Positions 25,541 to 39,520 of a DNA stretch of 64,000 nt are shown here, one piece after another; position 1 is the first letter of the stretch, and each line of letters starts with the position of its first letter. A model generated the notes under the pieces. It saw only the letters and a list, made by a program, of their open reading frames with translations, did no database searches and was not told the DNA's origin. The position numbers and the translations under genes were made by a program. The stretch comes from Nitrospirales bacterium (GTDB lineage: Bacteria > Nitrospirota > Nitrospiria > Nitrospirales > UBA8639): NCBI GenBank assembly GCA_965203295.1, contig CBDBCZ010000016.1:64001-128000 (forward strand). Reading direction: 5' to 3'.

Positions 25541-26768
25541 CTACTGGGTAGTAATTACCCCACAGGTGCAAAAGGACCTGGTACCACTGCGTGAGGCATA
25601 GAATGATTTGGTGAAACAGATTTCTCAGTGCACTGTGTTAGCTGTCCCTAGCTAGCACAGGTTTGGTGTAGAAGAGATTCCAAGGACTGCTATGCGAGCC
25701 TGGGAGTGTGACATTGTCAGTTGATGCAAATTTCTTTTGGGCTTGACCCTACTGCCCTAGTCTATTTGCTGTTGCGATGTACATAGTACTGGGTCCCGTG
25801 TCTTGCCCCTTCGTGCCCAATTAGCAACACACATTGCCATGTTACCTTGAGGAAGCCTACAGCATATGCTTGTGTATCAGATTTCGGTGGAATGCTCTAC
25901 TGTCATACAATGTAGCTCTCCTGTTGTTGTACTCATCTGTGCTTGTAGTAGATAACTCTTTCTATTTCACCAGCATAAGCAACAATGCCTTTAGAGTGAT
26001 ATATAGGACCACATACATACTGAATATATGTAGTCACAGCGAAATGGAGTCCGGAATGGAAAGAGGAGACTCAAAAGAGTGGGTAGGGGATGTTTAGTTT
26101 ACTATTTTGTACAGTATCAAGATTCTGACCATGCCTTTGCAGCATTTGATTTCAGCACTTTGGTTTTTTCATTTAAACTGGACCAGTTTCAGAAGCAAGA
26201 TCTACATTTGGGATAGATGTACGCGATTGGAAATGCTACTTTGCAGTTGTTTCTGTGACATTTGTTTCCCTAACTATGAATGCTCTACTGTGTCACGTAA
26301 TTTAACAAGTTGTAGTGACACTTTCAAGTACAACATGAACATGATGAAAGTCCCAGTTTGAAAACAAACATTAATGTTTTGATGGCATCTCTACATATTT
26401 GCAGCACAATAGCTAGAAATTTTGTGATCTAGCTAACTAGCACCTCAGTGCCAAGAATACGCATTTAAGATATGTAACAGGTTCAGCATAGAATTTGCAA
26501 ACATACTCTGAAATTAAGGAAAATAAATTGTATATTGTGTGTAATAGCAATAATATACTCTTGTCGCTACCATAGCGCTTACGCCATTGAACACGCACCC
26601 ACATACGCAGGCGGAGCTTGCAAGATCTCCAGTCAGAGGACAATAACAAGAGCAACCAGTTGTTGCGCCAGTACCATCCTGATCGCCATATAATTTATTC
26701 TTCCTAGTGTCCCAGATTAAAACTCTTAGTAAAGCCTTAAAATCATACCTCTCCCAATTCTCTGGAAT

Positions 26769-26957
26769 GTCCTACTAGCAAGTGCTACTAGCGGGTTTAG
26801 TGGCTATATCAATCTTGCCTACTGCTCCTCTGCCAAGGGTGTCCAGTAGCTCAATTGGTAAGAGCATCTGACTAGTATTCAGAAGGTCCTGGGTTCAATC
26901 CCCAGCTGGGTCCCGATTTTTCTGGATTTCTTTACTCTCTCAGAAAACTTATCTTCT
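26769..26957 (+). mobile_element. tRNA-like Pol III cassette, best-preserved copy (tRNA-Thr(AGT)-like 26840-26913)
   Basis: A box TAGCTCAATTGG; anticodon arm TCTGA-CTAGTAT-TCAGA; T arm CTGGG-TTCAATC-CCCAG; imperfect acceptor stem; T5 at 26917-26921. Confidence 0.8.
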
Positions 26958-27567
26958 TACAATGTATCTGCAGCAACCTCTTTAGAAAATACCATAAGGG
27001 CACTTTTAATTTCAATCTCCATTTATTGCAAAACATGAATCAACATTTGCAAGTCCTCGGCATTAGTAGTGTAAACCTACCAAATCATTGGCAAACATTA
27101 GACCCCCAATCTTAACATCCTTCTTAAAAATAACATTAACATTCTTCTTAACAGTAATGCCAATCCCAGCCTTCTCAACCTCATCTAAACACTGATTAAT
27201 AAAAATGAAAAAGAGGATAGGCAATATATTGCAGCCCTGTGCCACCCCCTGACCTATGTTAAATGGCTTGGATATTTCTCCCTCCAGTAAAACAGCACTC
27301 TTTGTGATGTTATACATATTCTTAATAACTCTCCACATCCTACCCCTACCACCAAGTTCCCATAACGTTAACCATAAACCATCATGCCAAACTGTGCCAA
27401 ATGTTTTCTGAACATCTAAGAAATAAAGTGTAAGTGTGCTTTCCTTCCCTCATTCTACCTTGTGTAATTTCATTTAGAGTAAAGATGTTATCAACACAAC
27501 TTCTTTCTCTCTAAATTCTGCCTGACCCTCATAATAAGAGCCCATTTTGATTCTAATCTGCATACTA

Positions 27568-28085
27568 CCGTATAGCGCTTAAATTTGGCGGGTCTAAATA
27601 TTTGCGAATAGCCGTCTTGAACATTTAGTTGGAATAATTTCGCGAATTCGTTTACCACACCCACGTACTAATGAATTGCAGGAAGCTTTAAGCACCGGTA
27701 GCAAATTGTGGCTAGCGCTCCACGCTCTGCTGCTCGCTTTCCAATTTCAGCCTTCTTCGCGCTCATTTTCCGGTATGCTCCCCTGACCTTCGCGCTGGTA
27801 GTTGGCTGAAGTACAGCAAAGATACTATATCTCTGAGTACAGTGACTTTGTTTGTTTGCCTCAAAAATTGCGGACGAAGGCATTTGTTTGGAGAGCACTC
27901 CTCGTGAATCTGGAACCCCGCACACTGTCCACGTACGCTCTTGAAGTATCAAAACCATAGTCAGTACTGTAGAATGTATGGACAGTATCTATGCGGAAAT
28001 GTAGAAATTTAAATATTTTAGCGAATCACTCCAAATTCGCGAAATACGTGAAATTAAAGACCCGTGAAATTTAAGCGCTATATGA
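27568..28085 (-). mobile_element. Non-autonomous Tc1/mariner (pogo/Tc2-like) element nested in the LINE, TA TSD
   Basis: TA|CCGTATAGCGCTTAAATTTGGCGGGTCT..AGACCCGTGAAATTTAAGCGCTATATGA|TA. Internal remnant RGAYRKMSAKKAEIGKRAAERG resembles a transposase N-terminus. LINE coding sequence continues on both sides. Confidence 0.75.
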
Positions 28086-30645
28086 TAATACATTATTTAG
28101 AATCTTAGCTTTTCTACCATATTCAATAGTGTAATGCCTCTGTAATTACCTAGGTCCTCAGTATCACCTTTCTTATACAAGCTAACAATAAACCCTTAAT
28201 TGTCTCCATTGTGTAGGAATACTCTCTCTGTCCAAACTACTTCATATAGGACAGTCAACAGATTAGCCATTCCTTTGCCACAGTACTTAAAACATTCCCC
28301 AACTAGCCCATCATTACCTCCCGTTTTATTGTTATTTAAGCTTTTTGAACACTTTTCATAACTAATTTCTCTATCCAAAACCTTATCCTTCTGTGAACTA
28401 GACATTTTACCATACTCTGTTCTATATGCTCTTTCCAGCTTTCATCAAACTGATCATCCAAAGATGCTGTACCCAACCTTTCATAATGCTCACGTAATAC
28501 TTTCATAGTACCGGTTACACATGAACCTGAAGTACATGTACTCATCAAAGCAGTAAAACCCCTTAAGATTACCTTTTGAAGTCCTGCCAACAAATGCCCA
28601 AAACTCTTTCCTTTTTTCATTAAAATCTTTATTAGCCTTTTCAGTCAACTATCTAATTTCCACATACCAATTCTGTAGTAATACTCTCCCCATTTATGTT
28701 CCCTTCCACTACTAATCTCCTTATAAACCTGTCTCCTCAACCTAATCTTCTCTTTATTCCCGGAATCAGTAACTATATAATCAATGATAGACTTCTGTTT
28801 CTGAGAAGGTCTAGTAGCTCTAGTCCACTGTAGTTCCACAGTGAACTCGCGACTATTACAAGCTCAACCTCATTCAAAAAGGAAATCAACCTGTTACCAC
28901 TAGCATTACATTTTCCTTCACCAAACATACCCATTACATCATCTAAAGGTTTCCCCAATCTGGCATTAAAATCACCTAGAAGCACAACCTGACCCTTCTG
29001 ACCCTTCTCCTGCATACAAGCACATCCTCTTTCAATTTACTTTAACTCCTTTCAATAACTGAAACATTTTCACTATCTGTAGGCATATAAACACAACCCA
29101 AAAACAAAATATTCCTGCCCCTCTCTTTTTTGCTATATTCCACATACTTTTTCATAATTCACATCCTTAATGAGCTCTACTCTACAGGCTAAACACCCCT
29201 TTACCAAGAATTCTTCTCCCCCTTCTCCTCTCCTACTCTCGCCTAGGCTTCCAGAACCATTTGTACCATCTACAGAAACCTTTGGATTCCTCCTTTTCCC
29301 ATGACTCCTGGCCTGCACAATCATCTTTGTTGCTGTTTTTTCTAGAACCCCAGCAAACTGCATGTGATAGAATTACTTTTAATGTGGAAATGATGATAAA
29401 AATTGTTGGTCCTCTGACTAGGGATCTTATAATCTCTGTCCATGGCTGGGGGTGGGTGGTCAATGGTATGGACACTATGGCATGCATCATATCTTGTGTT
29501 CATCAGCTTATCTGTGCAACTGCTGGAGAGCCTCACCCATTGGAGTGCCTCAGCCCAGCTGGTTGTGCACGTGTTCCTACGAAATCAGTTAGTCAAATAC
29601 TGGCTGTGATTTCAGCCTGGTCTTATTCTCAGACCCTGCCATCTCTGAGAAATGTTGTGTGAGAAAGTCAATGTAATCTGTAGACATTTCTTGAGCGTCA
29701 TTTTACTCCCACTGCAGTGCCACCCTGTAAGACGAAGTGCTGCAAAGTGAGATTCAACAGGACAATTGAAGTTGGACAAGTGCAAGGTACGCTTCCATAT
29801 TTTGTAGATGCACGGGCGGTTCCATGGTCTCTATATTTAGAGAGATTCCTCTGTACGTAACTACATGTACATTAGAGATATTCACTTATGTATCAGTATG
29901 GATTAAATTCTAAAGTAGTGCTCACTATTGGGTATTTCTTGTGTTAGAGACTGGACACGAACAACCCATTAGCTTACTAGACCTTATCTGTATGGCTGGA
30001 TTTATGTACTGTTGTGGTTGCCTTCTATTGTTACCTTTAATTAACCTTTGCCAACATTTTGACTGGATGCTCTAGTGTTCAGGATGAAGGTGAAGCACCT
30101 GCTATGCAAAAACACCTGCAAGTATGCAATTGTTTTCTATTTGTACAGATCAACTTTCTAGTCATTCCCGGGAACGATCAGATGTGCAGTACGAGCAAAC
30201 TCCCAAGAAGCCAGCCGAACTGCTGCCTGTTCCAAAAGTCATCCTCCTGTCATTAGTGTTTGGAATAGAGGTAATAATTAGTGAGCAGCTATACAATGTG
30301 CTGAAAACGCCTCATAAAAAGAAAAAGGCCACGGTTTCATTATGGACTTGTGAAGTGTCTATAATGTAGGGAATGGCAGTGCTCAGAAATGTACATGTGC
30401 GTAGGACTTGGCAGGTCTACCACACAAGAACAATTAAGTGTTACAGGTTTAAAAATTCCAATATCTGTGTATGCATGTACGTAGTTTGTGTACAAGGTTA
30501 TTTACAGGCTGTATAGCTGTTGAATATCGCCACAGGTACAGTGATTATTTTGCGTATGTATATGACTGTCATGGCCTCCCAGGATTTTTTTTTTTTACAA
30601 AACAACTACCCTAGCTGAGATTGAATTTGGTGGGTCTTGGAACCT

Positions 30646-31059
30646 ACACCCAAGAGTGGTTATATACCCCATGGCTTATGAGTTTGTGGTTATCCCAAGA
30701 AGCTGAGGGATCAATGCAAACAAGTGGGCTGAACAAATGGGGGTTATATATTATAGTGAGTGGGTGTTGTCTATCTGACATAACACATTGTACATGCATG
30801 CAATCTGTGCTGTGTGAGAACAACACAAATTATACGACAAAGTGTGGGTAGTGAGGGTATGTTTTAGCTGCTCAATTTTAAGGATCTCAGTTGGTTCTCG
30901 GAATTCATGATATTTGGAGTTCTCTTTCTCACGAATTTGGCTTCTCAAACTTGTCATCTTCAAATGCCGACGTTTTGACTGCTGGGCTGCAGTCTTCTTC
31001 TGGGCAGACATCAATGCAGTGTGAAACAGATCATTTTTTGGATGATGTAATGTAGTATA
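30646..31059. mobile_element. Older, decayed member of hairpin family H
   Basis: Shares TACACC-AAGAGTGG, GAGTTTG-GGTTATCCC..GAAGC-GAGGGAT, GAGTGGGTGT-GTCTATCTGAC and terminal GATGATGTAATGT-GTATAA with 19474-19749. Confidence 0.65.
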
Positions 31060-31438
31060 AATAGCAACGACATGCTTATAGCAATACCTACATGTACCTT
31101 GCCCATGCACCTTTTAAGGAACACTAAACTATGTATATGCACAATCCCGTTTACAATGCTGTGCCCACTGGAATTACGTCTGTAGTTCTACTAGCACTAC
31201 AAATGTGGGGTGTGTACATGAGTACTCAGTATGTCATCAAAGTATTGATTTGTTCTCCACCAAATGTTATACATGTACATGTACATAGCTACGTAATATA
31301 CCTTTAGTGCTTTTGGAGTTCCCTAGCTTGTGTTGCATGCAGCGATCTCCATGTACAAGGTACTTAGTTTTGTGTGTGCATGTGTTGCATGCGTGTATCA
31401 CTTGCAGAGCATCAATATCAACCCACCCACTTCCTTCC

Positions 31439-31554
<116 letters not shown>

Positions 31555-31562
31555 GCATACAG

Positions 31563-32270
31563 GACCATCTAGTATGCTATCTTCCTGGCACTCTGCCCCC
31601 GGGTGTGCACAATGGTCTTCCTAAGAAATACAGGACTATTGCCAAGAGCCTCTTGTACACCTGGTGCGCATGCCAGGTGTATAAGCAGATGCCAACCGGA
31701 CTCAGTCTAGAGATTGTAAGGTACATTGTAAACTCTTCGAGATGATAAGCTTTCTGAGAAAGGAAAGAATCCCGAAAAAAAAAAAAAACGAGACCCAGCT
31801 GGAGATTGAACCCAGGACCTTGTATTTTAGGTGTACAGTAGGTGATAATGGTAGAAGTGGGGATTCTTCTTTAGGGTATTTACCAGAGGCCCTATTGCTG
31901 TCTAGGATTATAAAGGAAGACCTACTTTTTTCATCTGTTGGGGGGTGGAGTTTAGTACACTCAATAATTTTGTAGGGCTACAGTCTTATACATGTACTAG
32001 GAAGAATAACTTAGGGTGGTGCAACCTCTGGTTTTCTTGCCCTCTGACTGGAGATCTTGCAAGCTTCACCTACATCTGTGATTATGTGTGGTTAATGACA
32101 TAAGTTCTCTGACGGCAACATAAGTGTGTTTTATTATTCTTCTACAGCCTTTGGATCGTCATAATCTCCTCCGACCAGAGACAGTGGAGTCTCTGTTCTA
32201 GCTCTACCAGCTTACCAAGGACGAACAATACTGCAATTGGGGTTGGAAGATCTTTCATGCCTTTGAGAAG
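31563..32270 (+). pseudogene. MAN1B1: ER alpha-1,2-mannosidase (GH47) pseudogene fragment, exons 31563-~31720 and 32148-32270
   Basis: DHLVCYLPGTL..GVHNGLP..QMPTGLSLEIV and [33 protein letters not shown] match GH47 ER mannosidase I motifs. TAG at 32199-32201. Confidence 0.9.
31830..32137 (+). mobile_element. 5'-truncated LINE 3' end, same family as 26540-29390
   Basis: CTAGGAAGAATAA and CCTCTGACTGGAGATCTTGCAAGCT match the reverse complement of 26616-26706; TTATTATT tail. Confidence 0.65.
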
Positions 32271-35200
32271 TGTTATTTTCTGATGATAGTAGTTTAATAT
32301 CAGTCGACAGATGGATCATCAATAATGAAGCTCACCCACTACATGTACCCATTTGGACAGATTACTATTTTTAACTGCATAAGATTATTTAGCGTTAGTG
32401 GTTTCAGAAGTGTACAGCACTCCTAACATATAATTTTTTTGTAAAATTATAATTTACAATAACAGAAAACGTTGCTATATACGAAGGGTGGTACGAGTAG
32501 AAGGTACACTTTCAAACTGTGGATTTATAACCGCAGTTCACTGAAAATGAAATACTTTTTGACATGTTTCTTTCCATACCGTGCCATGGAAAGCCATTCT
32601 GTAGAGACAGAACCTTGTTCATTTATTATGCAATAGGAACTAGAATCCTGATGTCTATTCAAGTTTAATATGCAAGCTATGCTTATGGGACAAACAAAAG
32701 CATACATGTACAACTCATTACAATCATGGTGTATATCGTAAACAGTATGTACAAGGGAAATTACTTTATTAATTAAAGATACATAAATAGTTTACTACAA
32801 TATACGTGTATATAGCTAATCAGTGTATGAAAACTCCAGCAATAATAAGTATACCGATATAGGTCAAAACCACAATGACTTAACAATTACTAGTTTTACA
32901 TAACTCGAAAGGAAAAGCATGTGTGGCTAAGAAATTCTGAGCACATTATGTAGTAGCGGATAATTAAGCAATATCGATATCGTTTCAATAAATAAACATC
33001 ACTTTCACATAAAACGTGTACATGTTTGCTGTCTAAGAAGTATATTATACCACTCACATTGTTCTCATGCAGGCTATGGTTCTACTCCTGCAGAAGAAAT
33101 ATGCACTACAGTATAATGCAGCCATTAATGCCCATATCCAAGAAGAATTCCCAAGATAATAGCATAGTAACTGAGGTTCCATGCTGCAACACAACATGAG
33201 AGTAGGTGCTACATACTACATGTAGCCTCGTTCCTAGGCTCTACTTCCCAGCTTTTGTTTTCGCACGTAATAATTATTTTACTATGTACGAAAAAAAACT
33301 GGGAAATAAGTAGATATGGTTGTCGAGAATGCATCAAAAGTGCAGAAACTGGAATGAATACGCCTATATTTATACCCATAGTAATCCTGGTCATGCTGGT
33401 TAAGTCACAACAGTTGTGAATATGTAAGTATACATCTACAGGTTATCTCTTATTGAAATAGAGCACAGTGAAGCCCTCTCTGGGGCTGTGGCTGCAATGA
33501 AACAGTATGAAGAGCAGAGGCTACTAAAGGTTGTAGAGACGACTAAACAGGAGGAGCAAGTAAGTGACATACAATCATTGTAATATGAGCATATCTCAGA
33601 CTGGATATTGCATACTGAGTCATGTACAATGCAAGCAGAACGTTAATAGACGGATGCTCAGATTTGGTGTGTACGTACATGTAGATTAAATGTGTGTGGC
33701 TTGCAGAACAAAAATTAATAACCAATATAAGGGAATTTTTCGGCCTTTTATAAGTCTGATTCAGAATAAGCACATCTTCTTTAGCCTAATTCTGTTTCCG
33801 AGAGTTTCTTGTACCCATGCAAGTGTTACTAGTGTTGTCCCAGTAGATCAAAGGCATTAGTGTGCTGGACAAAAGTGTTGTCACTGTTACATGTACTTGC
33901 AAACATTCTCAAAACTGCCTACCCAAACCTTAACTCAAAGCCACTTTCCTAATGTCGAGAATAGCAGTTTGGAATCTACGTATTTAGCTAGTAGCATCTT
34001 AGTCTATCGAGCTAGACCCTCCTCTATGCTTAGCTAAGCACAGAGGAGGGTCTAGCTCAATAGACTAGTAGCATCTAAAAAGATACTTGGCTGCTCTTCT
34101 AAAACGTGTAATGAAGCAGTAAGGGAATATGGGGTTTAAGTTGAGGTCTGGTACTAATTGTCTGAATGAAGAGTTAGGAAGATAAAAATGATGATAGGCA
34201 GTGTTGGTTATGTGGGAAAGAATGTGAGAGTGTAGTTCACGTGCTCCGACCGGAAATTCACAGGGACTGGGCACTCAATAGATTGAGTTTTTTTTTGGTC
34301 GAGTGGCTAGCCAGCCCTCTGTGATGGTATCAATAACGTCTGATCAAGTGGCTGGTGAAGTTGTGTCGACATGTTAATATCTACTTGTCTTTTATGGATT
34401 GTATAGAATGTTCACTTATGTTACAAAGATAATTTAATTCTATAACTAATATAAGAAGAAAACTAGGAGAATAATATGGAGAATAGCAAAAATCTCAAGC
34501 CTGTTAGGCATTCCTTTTCTCATCAGGATATTCTCAGGATCATGAGCAGCCCCAACATAGTAGTATACACATATGTATGTATCTATGTCTTTTACCAAGA
34601 TGAGCAGCACTAATCCCTTCATCTTGAAGCCCTCTAACTTGGTTGGCCATGATGCTAGTGTATGTGTGTGGTGATGGCTGATACGTATACCTATTTTCCA
34701 TTATGAAAGGAGAAAACAGGCTTTTACTCCCCCAATGGACTGGATGATTGGTGTGTTGTTGCCCTTGATCATAGTGTTCATCTACCACTGGGCCAAAGTG
34801 CTTTACTAGTGATCCTAGTAGTTTATGTATATGGACAATCTTCATTCTCACCTTACCTGCCACGCTAGAATTTTTCCGTGTCAAAGCAAGGATCTCTCCT
34901 GGCAGGCTGCTGGTGAATCACAGCTACACTAAATTGACACAGTATCCAGGACCATAGTCAGCTGATATGTGATACTTAGTCTACAATGAAAATGGCACTT
35001 CCCAAACAATTGAGTGCAACCTTGAGAATGGAATGTAGTGCATATTGGTGCACTCATTCCCTGGTTCAACTCCGCTGTTTTTATTCACATACATGTAGTA
35101 AAACAGCACCTTTTGGCATTCTGTAACCCACAGCAGCTGGGGTGGAGGCCAGGAACGAAGCTACGTAGGAATGTCCTTTTTTTTAGAAGACAGTGTCAAA

Positions 35201-37592
35201 ATAGTGCAGGTATTTCCTCTTATATTAAGGGGAGAAAAGAGTGTAGGGATACACAGTCAAGGGGTTACTTTTTAGAGAGTGTAATCTTCTTCTAAACAGC
35301 TCATAGTATGTGCAGACAAACACCGGCCTGCACTACTGCATATTAACCTGGAGTGCATGACCTCTCCCAATATCATTATACAAGGCAAGAACGTTCGTGA
35401 AGTAAGTAGTTTAGACTGTACATAGTTATGTATGCAATTTTCCTAGTAGCTGTCTACTACTGCAGCTATTTATCCCAATATTTAGTGAAAATTAATACTG
35501 CATTTCACTTCCAGGATAAGGAAGAAATGGAATTGGAATGTGAGGAGAGGAAGGCTCTTCAACTGAAGCTGGTAAGCCACATCTACTTTTGAGTATATCA
35601 CTTCTGTCTCAGTACTGACTGCAATCAGCACAACTGTGCGTGTTTCTCAACTTGTAGTGTGTACCATTCTTTACTTAAAAGGCTTCTTCATTAAGACTAG
35701 GTGGTTGGAGCTAGTAACTTTGAAATAGAATTAATGCTAACTAGAGGTCTTCAAGAAGACATACCCCACGCTGAATACTGAGACATAGGGCTAGCTGTGA
35801 ATTACAGTCAATATTCCAATGGTTTTACAGTAGTGTCTGCACGTAGCTACGTTATTACGTATGCACTACTAATTCAGTGTCCAGAGTGTCTGGAACTACA
35901 CGTACGTGTACTACAGCTTCTGTTATTTTGTTCACTATGTAATGTCAGTAATGACAGGACTCTTCAACGACAATGAGCATATGTACATGCCGCAAGATAC
36001 AGAATGATAGACGTAAACAGTTACGTACTTGTAGAAGCTGTGGGCATATATCTATTCTCATGTATGGGTCGACACTTAATTACGTGTATATGATAATTAT
36101 AATAATAGTGTGCATGCCCTTTGACCTGTCCCTAGTGGTACAGACATGCGGAAGTTGGCGAGAGTAACTGAAGTTTGAGGTTTATCACAAGCTGTATTGC
36201 TCTGGAAAGACACTCAAGATCTGGTGTATGATTTAACCTTCCGTCTCAGTCTATGAAACTGGCCTCCGATAGTCACTTGGTCTTGTCACGAGACTAGTCC
36301 TCTAAATGATGGATGTCACAATAACAATCATGAAGATATTTTAATATTTTATGACAGACGGATGGACAAAACCAATTGCTTAACCCCCACTTGTGCATGT
36401 TTGGCGCAGGGTATTATTATTTCCATACATGACAGGGTATATAAGCTTGCACATTATGCATCCTGGACTTACATTTATTTCAAAGCTGCGTAATAGACAC
36501 CCACTCTGACTAAATGTGACATAATACGTAATATATCACCTGACAATGCCATTTTTTTTGTGCTACAGTGCACTTTTACATGTACGTACAAAGGACACTT
36601 ATTAACCAACCAAGTGTTTCCACACAAGAGAATCTGGAGGAAAGTCTGAGAGAACTTGCAGTGAGCAAATCAGAAGCTCTTGACGTTGCTGTGATGCAAA
36701 AGATTACATTAAAAGAAAAATTGCTTGCGGAAATCGCTTGCTATGAGGTAAGCAGTGTACCGGTATCATGTATGTGTACTTGTAGAGTGAATAGAAAAGG
36801 TGTGCAATGTCCAATCTAACTGCACAATTTAACAACTGATTGGAAACAGAGTTGTTGTTGGTGGCAGCTGTTGGTTGACACGGGTCAAAATCATGGACCG
36901 TATCTTTCCATTGTTAAAGTCATGTAGCTACATACATACTTTTTCATATTGTGGTCAGGATGTTCTACATGTGCAGGAACAGTCTGACCAGTATGCAGTC
37001 ACTATAGCTGCAATGGAAGAAAAGCTGCTGACCCTTATGAAGAAGTCCCAACTGTTAGAAAAGAAGAATGAGAGCCTGTAACGGTAAATGGCTTTGCATC
37101 AGCAAGTAGCCAGTAATTCAGAAAAGAGAGGCACTGCTACATGTACAGGTAATAATGAATGTGTACACATCTATAGGTACCAATACAGACATTCACTGCA
37201 GTATGGATACTTGAATCTAACGCTCCATTTTGTGTTCATGATCTTTGACCATTGATCCTTACACACGTGTAGGTATGTTCATACAGCGCACTGCCCAGAG
37301 TTGTGACCATAGACAAACATTTTGTTTTCAACTTGGGTCATTTGTGGTGCATGTACGCGTAGCTTGCTATGCATGTTTTAATTGAATGCGTGAAAAACCT
37401 CCCAGATACAACAATACATGTACATGTAATAAAGGCATATCTAGTTCCACTACTTTAGCTAGGTAGCTCAGAGTGGGTTATGAGGTGACCATGGATCTGA
37501 GTCCAGATAACGTGTACATGTACAGAGGGGAGTGGGGGTTTACAAGAAATTATTTCAAAATTCTCTTGGGGGCATACTCACCCGTATGAAAG

Positions 37593-37631
<39 letters not shown>

Positions 37632-37929
37632 CTAATATCACAATTTGCTATTCATTCTTCATCAGTAGCAATCAGCTGCTGCCTCCTTGTTCTTGCGCAG
37701 GAGTGTCTTTTGCTGTTCCAGGAAATTGTCCAGCAGTTTTCTCAGCAGGGATTGATCTGCAAAGTAAAATGAAATGCACACCTCCAATTACCATTTTTAT
37801 ATACATTAAACAGGCTATGACATACTCAATATGTAAGACTTGTAAGTATGCTGCTTTGCGATACATACTAACCCCCCCCCCCCGTATGAAAGCCTTGTGT
37901 GTGTGTGTGTGTGTGTATGTGTGTGTGTT

Positions 37930-37973
<44 letters not shown>

Positions 37974-39520
37974 GTGTGAAAAATCACAATTTTCGTTAAA
38001 TAGAAGAAAATATAAGTTAAATATCACGGTTATACTTAAATACTTAGTCTAATATCACATTTTGCTATTCATTCTTCATCAGTAGCAAACTCATCTACTC
38101 ATGATCAACTTGCAGCAGCGCATGCTATTATGTAGATGTGTGGTATATTGTCAAATCAGTGTGACCATAGATAGTGTCTTCAGCTGACGTGACCCTCTTT
38201 AGCTCCCAGCATTAAAAAGCCAAACTTGTCAACATGTTGAATACAATTTTATCTACACATCATCAGCTTAATCGCAACAGTTTATTTTGCTTGTAAAACT
38301 GTGTTTGAAGTGTTCCTGTAAAAAAGCATCCCTGCTTTTAGTGTATCCTGGATGGGTATCAGTGATGGGGCCAGAGTTTGGGTGGGGCTTTAACACAGAT
38401 GAATAAATTTTGCATTCTAGCTACAAATGTTAAATTTATGCATTATTAAGCAGAGGGCATGGTGTATATTTGTTCCGCGCAATCTAGGAATTTGCGTAAT
38501 CTCTAAATTGTGTTGTGCACTCACAGAATCCTGAAATTGCGTTCCAAGCTACTCAAGATTTAGAATGGACACATTTATGCTCCTAGTGCATGCTTCATTG
38601 CATCCTGTCACCATAACCCAGCGTCTCAATGACCAAATTACAGAGTCGTCACTCATAGATTAGGCAAACAGTCCAGTATTCAGTGAGCCTGATTCCTCCT
38701 CAAGATTGTATTAGCTTGTTGGTGCATGCTTGACAATGTATGTATTATACTTGAGTGAGCACACTGGCAAGGTTCCCTTTCAGCTGAGTGGGTGGGTTAC
38801 AATTTACAAACTGTGTGGGGTCCTATGCTCAAGCGCTTACACCCTTTGTATGGTATGTTATACTTTTCATGTGGGTAGCCAACTGAATGAAAGCCACTGA
38901 AATGTCACTGCAACTATGAATTTGTCTAGTGGTTCATGCGCTTCTGACGCCGAGAAAGATTCCTGAGAAAGATTCCTGCATCGATGTACCACATACAGCA
39001 TTATTTAGCAACACTACATGGTACTGTAGCAGATATGAGTAGTATATTTGCAGATATTCAGTTAAATTGCTAACTAATTAAAGGTTTACCTAGAGATACG
39101 TATACACGCAGTATAATGCCTCGCGCACGAGCATTCAGTAGGTGTTGTTTGGTAGCACGTGTTTACAATGTGTGAGAATTTGACAGAGAGAAAGGAGAGG
39201 TAGCTAAACGTGCATGAGAATTCGGCGAGTTCATCCTTCTCCAACGGTGGAAATTAACGCGGTGCATGGTTTCTCCAGCGAAAAAGAGCAACTGTTGTTA
39301 GCTAAAAAGCGTACGCACCTCTGGTCTTTTAGCTTCGATTTTGTATGCCGCTCGTTGCTTTCTATTGCGTAGTGTAGCAAGATGCCTAGCCCTTTCCCCA
39401 CTCGTCTCGCCAACGTTGTCGGACTCCGTGACTCGACTTTAGCCGACGCAACGCGCCGGCCACGCCATGCGCGGTACGCAGTATAATTGCATTCCTAAGC
39501 GTGACACATGCATTTATAAT

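Larger units (their letters stand above)
26540..29390 (-). mobile_element. Degenerate non-LTR retrotransposon (APE endonuclease plus RT), internally deleted, in an SLC35F5 intron
   Basis: APE motifs VVLLGDFNARLG and SIIDYIV; NNKTGGNDGL; RT motifs GVAQGCNILPILF and LMFANDLV; C-terminal ENWE..IWDTRKNKLYG; TAT-rich tail; many frameshifts. Confidence 0.9.
19207..30270 (+). pseudogene. SLC35F5: SLC35F5-like transporter pseudogene, N-terminal exons 19207-19297, 25143-25334, 29718-29786, 30149-30270
   Basis: Exon 1 RKGLVVGVLLLLLVDVIWVGSAGLTR|GTAAG splices in phase 0 to YIFKNETYEKPLFTTHFKTALFSIYLVGFIFWRPWQ. Later exons give KVRFNRTIEV and LPVPKVILLSLVFGI. The ATGs are out of frame with exon 1, and I found no downstream exons. 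Confidence 0.88.

Noticed and set aside
26840..26913. Bona fide tRNA-Thr(AGT) gene
   Set aside because: The acceptor stem is poorly paired, copies vary in D arm and anticodon, and it sits in a dispersed repeat inside a LINE.
29948..30060. Additional SLC35F5 exons near 25566, 29616 and 29948
   Set aside because: Acceptor-like sites exist, but the peptides are not recognisable and the frames are uncertain.
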